Positions 1 through 14,049 of a stretch of DNA of 64,000 bases are shown piece by piece; the first letter of the stretch is position 1; each line of letters starts with the position of its first letter. A program made the position numbers and the translations under genes. Origin of the DNA: Callorhinchus milii (Eukaryota); the NCBI RefSeq assembly GCF_018977255.1, contig NW_024704742.1:15192001-15256000 (forward strand). The letters are read 5' to 3'. Below the pieces are notes generated by a model that was not told the origin of the DNA, made no database searches, and worked only from the letters and a program-made list of their open reading frames with translations.

Positions 1-109
1 GAGGGCCTCAGTCTTGTTCACGTTCAACTGTAGGAAGTTTGCCCTCAACCAGGACTTGATGTCCGACAGGCAGTCTGTCAGGATAGCAGTGGTCCTGGAG
101 TTGAGGGTG
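1..109 (-). mobile_element. L2 RT fragment cut by the window edge
   Basis: Aligns by eye to 29093-29200 ([10 protein letters not shown]...NFLQLNVNKTEAL on minus). Confidence 0.85.
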
Positions 110-1644
110 TACCAGAGTTTCAACTTAAATAATAAGGTCAAATCCTCGTGTCTGACTTGAAATTGCAACCTTCTGACCCTGAAGTAAGAGTGCTACTAAT
201 TAAGTCAAGCTGATGTGTATTGGTGTTATTAGTAGCAATTTGTCTAATAAATGTGTTTAACCCTGTAAGGAACTGTCACCAAAATGATTTGTTCAAGTTT
301 ATTGCTCTTAGCAAAATTAAGTGCTTCCCAGTTAAAAACAATGATTGATTGGAAAGCTTGCCGTGATTTCTGATCAACTGAGGATTGTACAGGAAGCCGC
401 AAAGAACAAAACAAATACAGGTACAGTGACATTAATTAAAGACTATAATTTTTGTCAAATTATTGCACCATTTAAGACATCACTGTTGATACTGTCTATT
501 CCAGAAATCATGAAATGGCAAATCAAATGCTATCAATTAATTATTCTTCAGTCTTAAAATCATTACAGTAACAATAACTTGCATTTATATAGCACAGTTC
601 ACACCACAGAGTGCTTCACAGAAGCATGGTTGAACACAGAGATAGGAGTAAGGATTAGAATTCATTGGAATTCAGTGAATCTCTCTTACATTAATATTGA
701 ACGTAGCTCAGCAAATGTATTCACTCTAGTAATATCAATCAGCCACACTGAGCTCAGGAAAACAGCAAAGAATGGAAAAATTCCAGAAGGTTTGAGACAT
801 GTGTCTGTCAATTAAGATCAGTGTAGAATTATTTTCTCACACGATAATAAATTACAGCATATATTTCACAGAAATCAACTAAGAGGATTTATTTAATGAA
901 AAAAATGTCTTTAGCTCTCTTGATCGGTGTCAGTGCTTTTCTTTTAAAAGATATGCGGTTTTGATAAATAGCCATTCAATAAAACTCTGAGGAAAATCTT
1001 TAAATATATAGCATGCCTTCATAAAGAAAGTACATGGTACAGCTTTCATCAGTAGAGTACTGCACAACCAGCCATTGCAAAACTATATCAGAGAGCATGA
1101 GGTTCATAATAACATGAGAGACTTCGATGATGTGGCTTTAAATGCACTTCAGTGGTCTGAGTGTGGAGTGTGGGGTAGACTGAACGAACATTGGTTCAGT
1201 TCCCCAGGCTACTGTGCTCTGGATCTCCTTCCTAGTGAGATGCTCAGTATAACCCAAACATTTCCCTATTGGGAAACAGGAAAATCTGAAGGCCAATAAG
1301 GAGGGAGTACCCGTAGTCGAAACATGCGTGGGTGAGAGCTTCGGCAGCCTAGGGGTGAGGGAGGAGCGGAGTCTAGCAATGTATCTCTCACATATATTCG
1401 TTATATAGAACTCATATCCAATGATATATAAATATGGTACATTCATATATAAAATTAATACAAAGCAGAGAATTTATCTCGGGTAATCAATTCATTTCCA
1501 TTTTTATCTTTATTTATTTTATTAAATGTGCACTGGCCAAGAACTGCGAGTTCAGGTCATGGGAATAGTGTAAATGTACAATGTAACCAGACAGGGTAAA
1601 TCATTTATTTTATCCAGGCTTTATGATGCACAAGTTTATTGTAA

Positions 1645-1895
1645 GGGAGAGGTTAGGAGAATTTGTTTACATGGAGGGTTGTTGGGACATAGAATTCCCT
1701 CCCAAAACACATGTTTGGAGCAGAATTGATTGTAGCTTTTAAAACAGAATTGGATAAATGTTTGAAAAAGAGAAAACTAAGGTATATAGGGAAAGGGCAG
1801 GGAAGTGGAACTAAATAGGAACTTTTTTCCAGGGAATCTGCATGGACTGATGGTTTGAATGGCCTCCTCTGTACTTTTAATTTTACGCTTTTATA
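1645..1895 (+). mobile_element. CR1 3' end fragment
   Basis: FTWRVV...NSLP...FKTELDK remnant and GGTTTGAATGGCCTCCTCTG 3' UTR motif. Confidence 0.78.
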
Positions 1896-3173
1896 TATGT
1901 TTCTAAATTCTGGTTCAATTCCCCAAAACACAACTTTAATAATTGCCTTTGAGAATCACAGTCAGTTATATTCAGTTATGCATGAAACACTCATCTTTAA
2001 TGTGCATTCACATTCAAGATCCTTTGTACTTCATGAAAAAACACTTCACACAACCTGAATGCATTTGATGTGGATCATTGGATTGGTTGCAAGTGCCCTT
2101 AACTTAACGCATAGCATTCCAGAACTTGGGAAAAACAGAGATGTCTCTCTAACTGCTGTTCTGTACCTTTGTGGAAATGACTTTGCTGTATTTCATCTGG
2201 AACAGTGTGTCAGTCACAATTTGAATGCAGGTGGTAATTGTAATCTGTGAAAAGTGACTGCTGAAATATTCAAGCTACTGTGAGCTCAATCTATGACATT
2301 CAGGCCCAATAGATGAAGTGTAATCCTTCGCATGTGACATTCAGCCAAGCACTCGTCTGCCTGTTCAGGTGGACGTCAAAGAAGAGAGAAGGGAGTTTCT
2401 CCTGGTGTCCTTGCCAAACATCCCCCAGATAAAAGTGGCCATTTACTTTAGTGTTTGTGGAACACTGCTGTGCACAAATTGACTGCTGCATTCACCTCCA
2501 AAATATACAGTCACTGCACTTTACAGTAAAACCCTGTGAAGTGCTTTGAGATGCCTCAACAATAGGATAAGTCTCTAAATCATGTGCCAGGATTATTTAT
2601 TGTAGATCCTTGCTTGTTTGTGGCCTTCTCGTAAGTCTGACTCTTAGCATATTCTTCAGCTTCCCATTGTTATTTCTTCTCAACTAAAAGGACATTGACA
2701 GCTAGATAAGACCAAAGGTCAGGGTTCTATTCTTTTGTTATGTTGAGGAAAATGTAGTCTCATTAAGACCAATTGTGAGCTGGATTTGTAGGCACAGCTA
2801 AATGAACAAGTCCTAATAGATCCAATCCCCCCTGAGAAATTGATCTGTTTGGATAATTTGCTGTGTCTAAAATGCTTGCCACATCTGTCTACAAAATGTC
2901 AGTCTGGCTCAGCTGGTAGCACTCTCACTCCTGGATGATGTGAGTTCAAGCACCATTCCAGGACTTTGATTTCACAGTCGAGGATGGCACTTCAGTGCAG
3001 TGGTGCTGGAAGGCCTTGTCGTTCGACTGCCTGCTTTTGGATAAGACTTAAACCGAGATCCAGTCTGCAAAGTGCAAAATGCTTTGAGATGTTTGAATGT
3101 GATAAAATGTTATAAAATGCCATACCATGCACATTCTTTCGCCTTTTTTCTTCCAATGCTATATGTATAATTG

Positions 3174-4612
3174 TGACCCATCACAGCTATCCAGCTACCG
3201 GCCCATCTCCCATCTCCCTAAGGTCCTTGAGAGAGCCATCGCCTCCCAGCTTCGCTCTTTCCTCTCATCCCACTCCCTCCAGGAACCCCTCTAATTGGGT
3301 TTCCGTGCTGCCCACACCACGGAAACTGCTCTGGTCAAGGTCACATATTACATTCTGACCAGAGCTTCCTCTGCCTCCTCGTCCTCCTCGACCTCTCCGC
3401 CATCTTTGATACTGTGGACCACTCAATCCTCCTCCACCGCCTCTCCTCCCATCTCAACCTTCAAGCCTCTGTCCTTGACTGGTTCACATCCTACCTTTCA
3501 CACCACCTCCACTTCGTCTTTGCAAAAGGCCTCTCCTCCAGCCCCCGCACTGTTCGTGTGGTGTTCCTTGGGGCTCTGTGCTCAGTCCCCTCCTCTTCAC
3601 TCTCTACATGCTCCCCATTGGTGACATCATCCGCAGACATGGGGTACGTTTCCACATGTATGCAGATGACACCCAACTTTACCTCTCTGCCTCCACCCTG
3701 AACTCCAGGACAACTGGCATCCTGACCGACTGCCTGTCCGACATCAAGTCCTGGACGAAGGACAACTTTCTCCAACTGAACGTTAGCAAGACCGAGGCCC
3801 TCCTGATTGGCACCTCGGGTGCTGGCAGCATCAGCCTCCACGGCTGCACACTCAACCTCACTATACCAGTCAGGAACCTGGGTGTCTTGTTTGACCCTGA
3901 ACTGTCCTTTCTCCCCCACATCCGCGCCATGACCTGTACTGCCTACCACCACTTCTGCCATACTCCGCCACTGCCTCACCCCTCAGGCTGCTGAAACCCT
4001 CACCCACGCATTCGTCACATCAAGGCTCGATTATGGAAACTTCCTCCTCATCGGCCTTCCCAACTCTTCCTTTCACAAGCTGTAGATCATCCAAAACTCT
4101 GCAAAACTCGTGTACTCTCGTGCACCAGGCTCCATGATCCCATCACTCCCACCCTCGCCTGACTCCACTGGCTCCCCATCCCCCAGAGGATCGAATTCAA
4201 GATCCTCGTCCTCACTTTCAAGGCTTCCATGGCCTTGCCCCCTCCTACCTCTCTGACCTGCTGATTCCCTCCCAACCTGCCCACTCCCTCCGTTCAGCGG
4301 GCTCCGGCCTGCTCCATGTCTCCCACCTGTCCCGCCCTACCATCGGTAGCCGGGCTTTCAGCCTCTCTGCCTCCACACTCTGCAACTCCATCCCACAGTC
4401 CCTTCGCCTCGCATCCTCCCTTGCCTCTTTCAAGGCCAATCTCAAGACCCTCCTCTTCGATCATGCCTTCAGTCGTCCTCACACCTCTCTGCCTTCCCTC
4501 ACCCCTACACCACCCCTCCGCCATGCTCGGGGCTTGACCCCTGACTGTCCAGTGCCTTGGGACGTCCTCCTGACGTGAAAGGCATTCTATAAATGTAATT
4601 TTGTTGTTGTTG
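3174..4612 (+). mobile_element. L2, 5'-truncated (RT plus 3' UTR)
   Basis: [12 protein letters not shown] and YADDTQLY in ORFs 3295..3624 and 3578..3994; ends GGGACGTCCTCCTGACGTGAAAGG...(TTG)n. Confidence 0.92.
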
Positions 4613-5928
4613 TAATCAAATCTGATTTATTCCCACCATCACCTCCACCTCCATCTTTATAAACTTAAATTGCATTTTGGTGGCAGCTTCACAATGCTGA
4701 CAAACTAAATCCCAGTTAGAAATTGTTAAATTCCATCCGGAGCAGACAGCTGATTTCTGATTCTGAGGACTGTTGTCCCAGGCATCATAATACACTCGGA
4801 AATGTCACCAATAACCAGAAAATCACCCCAGCATAAATTATATTTACATTAACCCTGAATTGTTTGTTTTGGTGGCAGACCAAAAGTATAACCCTTCAAT
4901 CTCTCAGCTTTTTGTGAAATTACAATAATAAATCTTCATGGGTGACAGCCAACTTTGTTTAAGAACATCCCAGTTTGATAAAAAGGACACAATGCATATA
5001 ATTTTCCTATGATCTGATGCTGTCTTCGACAGCCTGTTTCAAATGCTTTAACATTTTTTACATCTATTTCACATTAACAAACAGGGATCAAAGTTACAGT
5101 ATTCCTAAACTTGGGAGAATTAAAGAACAAAAAGCTATTCTTACCCATATGCAGTTTATTGACTTCTCTGAAAGAAAATGGTCAGCTACTGTTCAAAAAA
5201 TCTTAGCAGCAGGTTACATGTCTGGTGTTTTATTTTTACTGCTTTGTGTGCAGACATCCATGTCTCTTTAAAGGTATTATTTTCATTGTGCTCAACAGAA
5301 AGATGTCACAAAGGTGTGTTTCATTGACTTAATGACCTCCCATCACTAATAGACTAACACCACGGTAACAGCTAGTATTACCTATTATCAGCCATGACCT
5401 TTTGCTGTCGTTGTTTGTACTTTCTCAGACTGGACTCAATGCCTAAGACTTTTGTTATCTAACATTCCCAACAACAATCTTATTGATGTCTTGACACATC
5501 ACATTTTTCAGTGCTTGGGTATGTTCATCTTCAATGCAGAGTAACTTGAAACTAAAAGCACATTAAGCTTTTCTCTTCTCCTTTTAGTGCCTTTTAGTTT
5601 AAATCAATCAGATTGTGTTGCATGGATTATAATAAATTGATGTAATATATTCTACTGATTTATAATTTATAAACAATACCACTTTGTACAAGATAAATTT
5701 CATTTAAAGGTGGTGGTGCAATATTAATTTAGCATTTATTAGTGCAATTTTCCAAAATATTATCAAATTGCGATAGAAACTATCCCAAGTTTTACTGAAA
5801 ATGGGGATTCCTCAGCTATTATTACTCTGTATATAATAACTGATCAGTAATGGGAATTTGACACAACACTAATTAGGTTAGAAATAAATCCTTGACCAAA
5901 TGCATTTAAGGAATTAAAGGGGAGGTTA

Positions 5929-6286
5929 TTCCTTCAAGCCAAAGCCCGAATGGGTAAAATTGTCCTAGCTGGACAACCAGTGGAAAACTTGACAGCCAGT
6001 GCTCTCAATGGCAAGCTATGTGGTTTTAGCTGGATGAATTCCATAAGTACCTCAATGCACACTCTTGCGTCCCAAACTTTTGCTCTCTCCAATCTCTGCC
6101 TAATAATCTCCGGAATTAGGTCAGCAGTGTGCATCCCTCCAGGGAGAGAGTGCACATTCAATTCCAGACAGAGGGAGATTTCTGTGATCAGGTGGTACAC
6201 ATTTGGAACTCTCAGTCTAGTTTGGATACTGCTGAGCATGGTAATGGGTTTCTGTAGGTGTCAGATAACCAGCTGACCCCCAAAAA
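5929..6286 (+). mobile_element. Unclassified poly(A) retroposon 'family X', copy 1, inserted in a CR1 remnant
   Basis: Homologous to the 13649, 48281 and 59241 copies; terminal GTCAG..CTGAC hairpin; TSD AAAGGGGAGGTTA / AAAGAGGATGTTA. Confidence 0.8.
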
Positions 6287-7414
6287 GAGGATGTTAGGAA
6301 ACATTGCTTTACACAGGGGATGGTAGCATTTTCTGTTGCAAACCATTGCTGAAGCAGTCGATTTATTTTTCGAAAAGGAATTAGATAGATGCTTGAAAAA
6401 GAAGAATACTTGAGAAACATTCAAAAAGAGGAGTTTCTCCCAATGTCATGGCCAACAATTCCTCAATTAAAAAATGAATTATCATTTACATTCTGAGTGT
6501 CTGTGGGACATTATTGTGTGCATGTCACCTCCCATATTTGCCTACAAATTCACAGTCAACAATGCACTTCAAGAAAATCCCATTAGAAATTGCTTCATAT
6601 TTACCGTGGGTGATGTCTCAGAGATGAATTGGAACTGAACTGCTTTTGTGGAATGATGGTGCACATTATAGAGATTAGGGTCTAATAGGCAACAATTTCT
6701 AATGGGATCCTTGTTAAAGAAAACCAAGCAGGGATTCACTCCTTCCAGTAACTGGATGGACAGCATACAGACCTGTGAACACTCTCCTCCAAATGTGGGT
6801 TAGGATGGAGCAGAATTCCCGTCAGTCAGTGATTTGCAGTGTGACATATTCTGGTGTCCTTAATAAGCCATCTGTTAGAAATCGCCACATATTATACTCA
6901 ATGCTTGTGTGCAGAATCTCAGTTCAGGCCCAGCACTGGTCATGGTACATCCTACAGTATATTGCATTGTGGAAGCATTTGAGCAATTGTTAGTCACCAC
7001 ACATGGTCCTAATGATACTAATCAAATCTACTGTATAAGTATCTGAATGCCTGACTGTTGTGTTTTTTGTTTGACAGGTTCTCTTTTTTTTAATAGGAAA
7101 TTGTAACTTGAAACTCCTAAAATAAAAAAAACGGACAATATCATCACTGTTTCGAATCAAACTGTAAGCAGTCACCTTCTCAAATGGGTAAAATATTCCA
7201 TAAAAAAGATAGGGACAAAAGTGATTGTCATCAGCTGGTTTTACAGGGGAGTTCTGCAGACAATGGCAAGGCAGAACCATATCATATGTATCATAGTTGT
7301 GATCCTGTGAAGCCCTGAAGCAATATTATATTCACATTTTCAGACGCAATATGAGCTCTGAACATGTGAAAATATCTATCGCATTCTATGGATTAGAATG
7401 CTGCAGATATTAGA

Positions 7415-7770
7415 ACCCCCTACCATCCTGCTCGCTCCCCCTGCTCAGCGGGCTCAGGCCTGCTTCATGCCCCCCCACCTCGCTAGCCCCACTATTCACG
7501 GGTGGGCCTTGCCCCACTCTGTCCCCACTCTCTGGAACTCCATCCTGCAGTCCCTCTGCTTGCCCCCTCCCTTACCATCCTCAAGACCCATCTCAAAACC
7601 CTCCTCTTCGACCGTGCTTGCGATCTCCCTGCTTCACCCCCTGCCCTACACCCTCCCCAAACCCGACCACAGCTCAGGTCCGTAACTCTGTCTGTCCAGT
7701 GCCTTGGGACAACCTCCCGATTGGAAAGGCACTTTACAAATGTAATTTTGTTATTGTTTTTGTTGTTGTT
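7415..7770 (+). mobile_element. L2 3' fragment
   Basis: PTLWNS-type coding remnant, L2 3' UTR and (TTG)n tail similar to 4270-4612. Confidence 0.85.
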
Positions 7771-9839
7771 AAGTATTCTTTCATTTTGATCCTTCGAAAA
7801 TCTCTGCCTCAGGTCCATTGGTTGTTTAATTTCTTCACTTTTGTTCTTTTCCAAACACTCCTTAATTTTTCTTTCAGTTTTATGCTTCAAACCTCTCAAA
7901 CAGAATAATATATACACGAAAACAACAACTTGCATTCATATAGCGCCCCTCACGCAGGGTAGAGTCCCAGAGTGCTTCAGATTCAGGCAAAAACTGCAAT
8001 TAAATGTATTTTTAAATAGCAATTGATCATTGAATTCAAGAGAAACACCTCACAAATTCCTAAATTTAGTGTTCGCATCCGTTTTCTACTTTAATGGGAC
8101 TGCTTGCATAAAAGAATTACTTAGAAACCTACAACTAAACAAGGGGTAATCCCTGCTGTTGGTATAATAGACTTTCAATCACTCTGCATGCCAACTTCAA
8201 GTGGTACCAGGATAGTGCATTTAAGTTGCTGGTGGATCTTCAGCATGGAGAGACTTGTTCCATATGCCAGTGGATGTGAACCAGCCTGTTGAGAAAATTA
8301 ATTTGGCAAATGCTGACCAACAGCCTAAAGCTTTAAAGTACTGTTAAAACCTTTAGTCTTGCTTTTAATAGCATGTGCACATACATATTTTTGATAGTTT
8401 TGCTATTGATGTACAGTTCCAAACATGAATTTCTATCAATTGTGGTTTAAAAAGCTAAACATAAAAATAAACAAACCTTTCTTCATCTATTTTAGACCTG
8501 ATCCATTCACATGTACGTTTGACCTCAATCATAAATCCAACTAAAGATAAATATCATGTTCATGTCTCTATTAAAAAAAAACAGTGGGGGATCCATCCAA
8601 ACAATAGGTTTACAGATTAACATAGCAACTGTGGAACTATCTCATTTTGAATGTTTGCTCATGTGTACAAAGGTACAGCACATAGTAATTGCACTGCTAA
8701 CCTGCCTATGGATTGGGGGGCTTTGAAGATACAGTGATAGAGTCATGGTGAGTGACCTCAATCAGAGATCATTGTCAGAAGTCAGGGTAGGCCTTTTCTG
8801 ACAATATTTGTTTCCAATTGATATGTTTCATTTTCCATAAAATTCCAAATTCCCTGGTTTCAAAATGAGAAATGAAATTTACATTTTATCGTAATAGTTT
8901 GAACTGCATTTAAAGTCTATTCATTAAATAAGGGATGGGACACTGCAATTCTGACCCCCAACATCATTGTTGCCATTTCACCCTTTTCTCATTACCTTCA
9001 CTGCCTTCAGTCCGAACACCACACAACAAAGGGAAATGTTCAAAAACATGTTTTGCTTTCTAAAGAAGCAAACAGACTATAGAATTTCAGGAAGTAAATC
9101 AGTCCAAGGTTCTACTACTGTTCATAAACTTTCCAGAGCTTCACTTTTATGGTTGATGATTTTCATCAGAACACTTGATTGAAGTATCTCGCTGCCACTC
9201 ATTTACTGCAATGCTTTTGTTGTATACTATTCATCACCAGGACTATGAATTTCACTAAAATAAAGAAATGGGAAGTTTATAGCACTCTCAGCATGTTGGC
9301 AATGTCTCAAAGCACTATCATTAAGTGTAGTGACTATTATTTTTTACAGGCAAATGAAACGCCCAGTATGCGCACAAGGTTGTGGAAAGGGAGGAAGCAA
9401 CAAAAATGGCTCTGGTATCTAACGTAAGCCCATTCTAAATGTGTCTCCACACAATATTGAGTCACATTTAGAGACCCATATAATGGGTTCACATAAGAAA
9501 CAAGGAGAATTAAGGAAAGGGACATTATTCTAGTTATTAAAATCATGAAGATAATCTATCGGGGGGATGCAGATATGTTCTTTGTTCTGAACCAGGAGAA
9601 AAGTAGAAAAGAGCATGATTAGAAATTAAGGAAAATTTTAGTTAAATGTATTTTGAACAACAACTGCTTCATATTTAGGATTTCCTCTTGTACTGTAGAT
9701 TGTTTGTCATACAAGTAATTGTTAGATGGTGCAGTGAATACAGACTTGGTTGAATTGCAAAAGAAGGAAATGGAGAGATAGGGCTTACCAGTAAGTCATG
9801 AAAAAGATTATTTATATCATGATTGAAAATAAAAATTAC

Positions 9840-10244
9840 TTCAGTTCAAGATCTGTGCGTTCACCTTTAAAGACCTCCACAATCTTGCTCCTCCCTAACT
9901 GTGTGACCTACTAAAACTTTACCAACTTGCCCGCTCCCTCTACTTGGCGGGCACTGGTCTGCTCCATGTTCCCCATCTTGACCGCTCCACCATCGATGGT
10001 CGGTCCTTCAGCTTTTTTGCCCCAATACTCTTGAACTACATGCTCCTCTGCCTCTCCCTCACCTCCTTCAAGGCCAATCTCAAGACCTTTCTCATTAACT
10101 GTATTTTCGGTCATCCCACCATCCTCCTTCCCTCCTCCCTCTTGACTCCAACCCCCAACTCATTGCAATCCCTTCACTTCCAATGCATTGGAATGTTCTC
10201 CCGACGTGAAAGGTTCTATGTAAATGCAATTTGTTGTTGTTGTT
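9840..10244 (+). mobile_element. L2 3' fragment, more diverged
   Basis: GRSFSFFAP...SFKANLKTFL remnant, CCCGACGTGAAAGG and (TTG)n tail. Confidence 0.82.
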
Positions 10245-12781
10245 ACAAGCTGGAATGTAAGGTTAATGGGTGTTTCTGTTACTAACACCTATCCCCCAGA
10301 AACCTCAATGCAGCACCTTAACATTTGATATTGAAGTGAGCAATATGGTCCAATTTAGGTAAAACAATTTGAGTGCAGTAAAGCATATCCACGTGTATAA
10401 GGCCAGTGGTCCTGTCCTGACTAAGCACAGCTGGTGCTCAAACTCGGAGAAATGGCATGATTAAAAACAACAAACACTTAATTAGGAACAAATCTGTTGC
10501 AATCCGCTTGTGCACTGTACCAATAAATGAGATTAATCTATGACCTGAGGAGATTTGCAAGATAGATATATAGAAATTGTATTTAATCCTCTGCAAGATG
10601 GTGTTTATGAGGAAAATTCCACTGCCAGCAGTAAATTAGAAGGTTGAAGCTACTGTATATCACCAGCAGTGACCCAAGACCAAACCAATAAGAAATAATG
10701 AAACTGCACTTCATAAGAATTTCTTATATGTTTCTATGTACAGAACTAGGAATGCAAATGATCACATTCCAAACTGTAATTTGGACTTTACTATCTTTGT
10801 CTTGCAACTGTGGATTATTCACAGATTCTTGACTGTATTTTGATTCTATATTGTTCCTGGCCAGCAATACTGGAGTAATGGTTTGCTCAAAAGAAGGATC
10901 AGTATCTACAGTCCATAAAACTATCAACGACTTTTGACTAGTTCTTAATGTTTGGAGAATAAAGTGGGCAAACAGCCATTAAGGAGGAAGCTTATTTCAA
11001 TGGAATGGGCTGACTCTTTTTCACTGTATGGTGAAGACGTCGTCTTTCTTATTATATTTTAATCTTCTTATCAAGCACTGCTGGCTGCAGAGTGGATCAG
11101 AAGATAATACACAGGACCTCAGTCACCAGTGCAAGGATGTCATAAGCCAATCACCCATCGCAGTGCTGAAACATGGCAAAATCTGGCAATTTATAATAAT
11201 CCTTTCACTTGATTTCATTTATTACGTCATTGAAACATCTCAAAGCGCTTTACAGAATATACTGTAAAGTGAATTGACTGCATATTTTGTGGAAAAAACA
11301 AAACCATATAAATATTAGTTTAGTGAATAGAAGATGTTTATCTGTATTGAAAAGAATGAAACTTTTTAAAATCAGAACAAATAAACAGTTTTGATGCTTT
11401 CCTGTTTAATATTAGAGCATATGTTGTAGTGTCAGTGTTTCTCTTTCTGAATTTTGATTTAATTCTGTCTCGTTAAACCAATATTAATCTAAGGTCCTGT
11501 TTTTCTGTTCAAGTGAATGTGAAAGATCCCATGGGATGACACAAAGAGAGAAGGGAGTCTCTCCCGATGTCCTGGCCAACAATTCCCTTTTCTCCCCAAT
11601 AAAATTCAGCCAACTCTAGATATGTAGCCATTCCTGTTCCTAGTGCTTACCCAAGTAGATGTAGGACTTGTAGGTTAACTTTAACTGTACTGGAACTTAA
11701 TTGGCTGATCAAGATTCTGGATCTGCTAATATCCACTTTCCTCCAGAAACTACTTTACAAACCCAGCACCTTTGTGAGGTGCTTGTACTTGCTTCCTTCA
11801 CCTCAAACACACCAATGCTATACTCCACTGCAATAAACAGTTTAACTTCTCAAAACAGTTAGGGGCAGGCCTTCAACAGTGCCAGTCAAGATGGGCAGCT
11901 TTCTGAGCAAGTGGCAGGACAGCAGCAGGTTGCCTTAACCAAGGCATTGTGGAAACAAGGGAGTACATCATTGCATTGGTGAAGGACGAAAGAAAAAATA
12001 AACCAAAGCTCTCAACTGTAATGAATTTGTCAAGAAATTTCACTCATACGCAGAATACCTTGATTGACCTCCTTCTGAAGAAGAGAATCTCATAACTTAT
12101 AACTGACTTCATAGTTCACCACATTGATACTCGACTTCAGGAGGATTTTAAAGTACTGTATGCCAGTGGAATCCAGAGCTGCTTTTGGTATGTTTTACAA
12201 TTCAAACTATGGTTTGGCTAAAGGCCTGAACTAACAAAAGTTGTGTCAGGCTAATTTATTTAAACAGTTCCATAAGCCTAACATTATTTGACATACTGTA
12301 TCCTCTTTTTCATTCATCACATTTTGAGGAATGTTTCTATGTGGCAATTTCTGTAGCAACTTAACAGTCTATAACGGTTTAACTCAGTATGTCACACAGA
12401 AATGGTCTTAGTTACATGCTGTTAGGCATATGCCCTTAGTTACAGTTTCAACAATGTTGACTACTGCTTTCTTGAGCTCTGAATGTTTTCGGCTCCCACT
12501 AACCTTAACATAGTTTTATATATGGTATATTTAATTATGCATGCTATATTTTCAATTGGGTATTTATTTATTTTATGATAAAAATAATGAAAATTCATAT
12601 TGTGTTCTGTGGTTAGGAGCTGCTCTCCTGTGGGTGTCCAATCAATAAAACTGTCTGTTCATTTTTAAAGGTTCAGGTACTATTGTTTCCCCAGCACAGA
12701 CTGACATCGTTGAGGGGAGTTTAATGCCACAGGATATTGCATAAGGATATTGTCTGAGAGCACAAAACCATGAGTTGTCAG

Positions 12782-13146
12782 GTGTCAGCCTGGCTCAGCA
12801 GGTAGCACTCTTGTCTCCGAGTCAGCAAAGTTGTGGTTCCTGACTCACATTGAGACTTTGAACTCACAAAGTCCAGCTGCCACTCCAATGCACTTCTGGG
12901 ATGTGGTACATTTTTGGAGGTGATGTCCTTCAGATGAGACATTAAAACCGAAGTCTTGTTTGCCTGTTCAGATGGACATGAAAGATTCAATGGCACTATT
13001 CAAAAAGAGAAAGGAGTTTCTCTCTGTGTCCTGGCCAACAATCTCCCAGTTTCATAGGTCATTGTAGAGCATTGCAGTGGGCAAATTGGCTTCCAAGTTT
13101 GTCCACAAAAATACCAGCCATTCCACTTAACAGTAAATCCTGTGAA
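12782..13146 (+). mobile_element. Older tRNA-derived Deu-domain SINE (family B, SacSINE1/AmnSINE1-like body)
   Basis: GTCAGCCTGGCTCAG head; GGAGGTG...GATGAGAC...AAAGAT.CAATGGCACTATT...GTGTCCTGGCCAA core matches the Deu domain as I recall it. Other partial copies at ~2352-2600, 2898-3125, 6420-6570, 11495-11600, 15545-15765, 47590-47830(-), 53615-53840 and 58110-58255. Confidence 0.8.
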
Positions 13147-13285
13147 TAATAATAATAATCCTTGCATTTGATAGAGTGATTTTCATACCTTTGAGACGTC
13201 TCAAAGCGCTTCACAGAATATACTTTAAAGTGAATTAACTCTATATTTGCGGGCGAAACGCGGCAGCCAATTGCGCACAGCAGTG
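13145..13285 (-). mobile_element. Family A SINE 3' fragment
   Basis: (AAT)n tail and reverse body, abutting a Deu-type SINE. Confidence 0.82.
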
Positions 13286-13648
13286 AATTGAGTCACCAAC
13301 TTATTATTGTATTTTTTTGAATCATTTTGAGGCATCTTCTCGACATGAAAGGCTATGCTATGCCAAAAAGATGCATCTGTTATCAATGCAAGCAGCAACA
13401 ATGTGCATTTTTATCACTCCCTTCATCCAGGTTAATGTCTTGGAGAGCTAAACAACAACTTGCATTTATATAATGCCCTTTATGCGGGGTAGCATTTGAA
13501 CAACATTTGAGCCAGGCTAACAGATAAAACGTGAAAGAAAAGTCTTTCCTCACTGTAGGAAATAAAAAAAATCCTATCTACAATGTGGTGGTTCTTCAAT
13601 AATCTGAACGATTGCTGAGAAATCACAACATTGCAGGTATGATTTTTC

Positions 13649-14049
13649 ACTGGGGGCAAGGAATCATCCCACTCAGCTCCTGTTAACACTGTAAACCAAA
13701 GCTCTAACAGGTAGGGTAGTCTTAGCTAGACAATCAGTGGGAAAGTTTGCCAGACAGCGATACCAATAGCAAGATATGCGGTTTTAGCTGGTTAGACTCT
13801 AGTAATACCCCAATGCACAGCCTGGAGTCCCGAGCCTTGGCTCCTCCCAACGTACACCTAATAGTTTCCGGAATTAGGTAAGCAGGATGTGCCCCTCTAG
13901 GGAGAGAGTGCAAATTCCATTCCAAGAATCTATCTCTTGATTTTCGATGTGTAGGTGGGATGGAATTCCAGCTTGGTTTGGATACTCTTAAGCACAGTGA
14001 TGGGTTTCCGCATGTGTCAGACACCCAGCTGACCAAAAAATTAAAAAAA
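13649..14049 (+). mobile_element. Family X copy 2
   Basis: Shared 3' end and A tail; TSD TATGATTTTTC (13638-13648) / TAGGATTTTTC (14050-14060). Confidence 0.82.

Noticed and set aside
1286..1330. Hammerhead/Penelope-like core CTGAAGG...CGAAACATGCGT
   Set aside because: The core deviates from CUGANGA, the cleavage triplet would be GUG, and no stem I forms; at most a decayed remnant.
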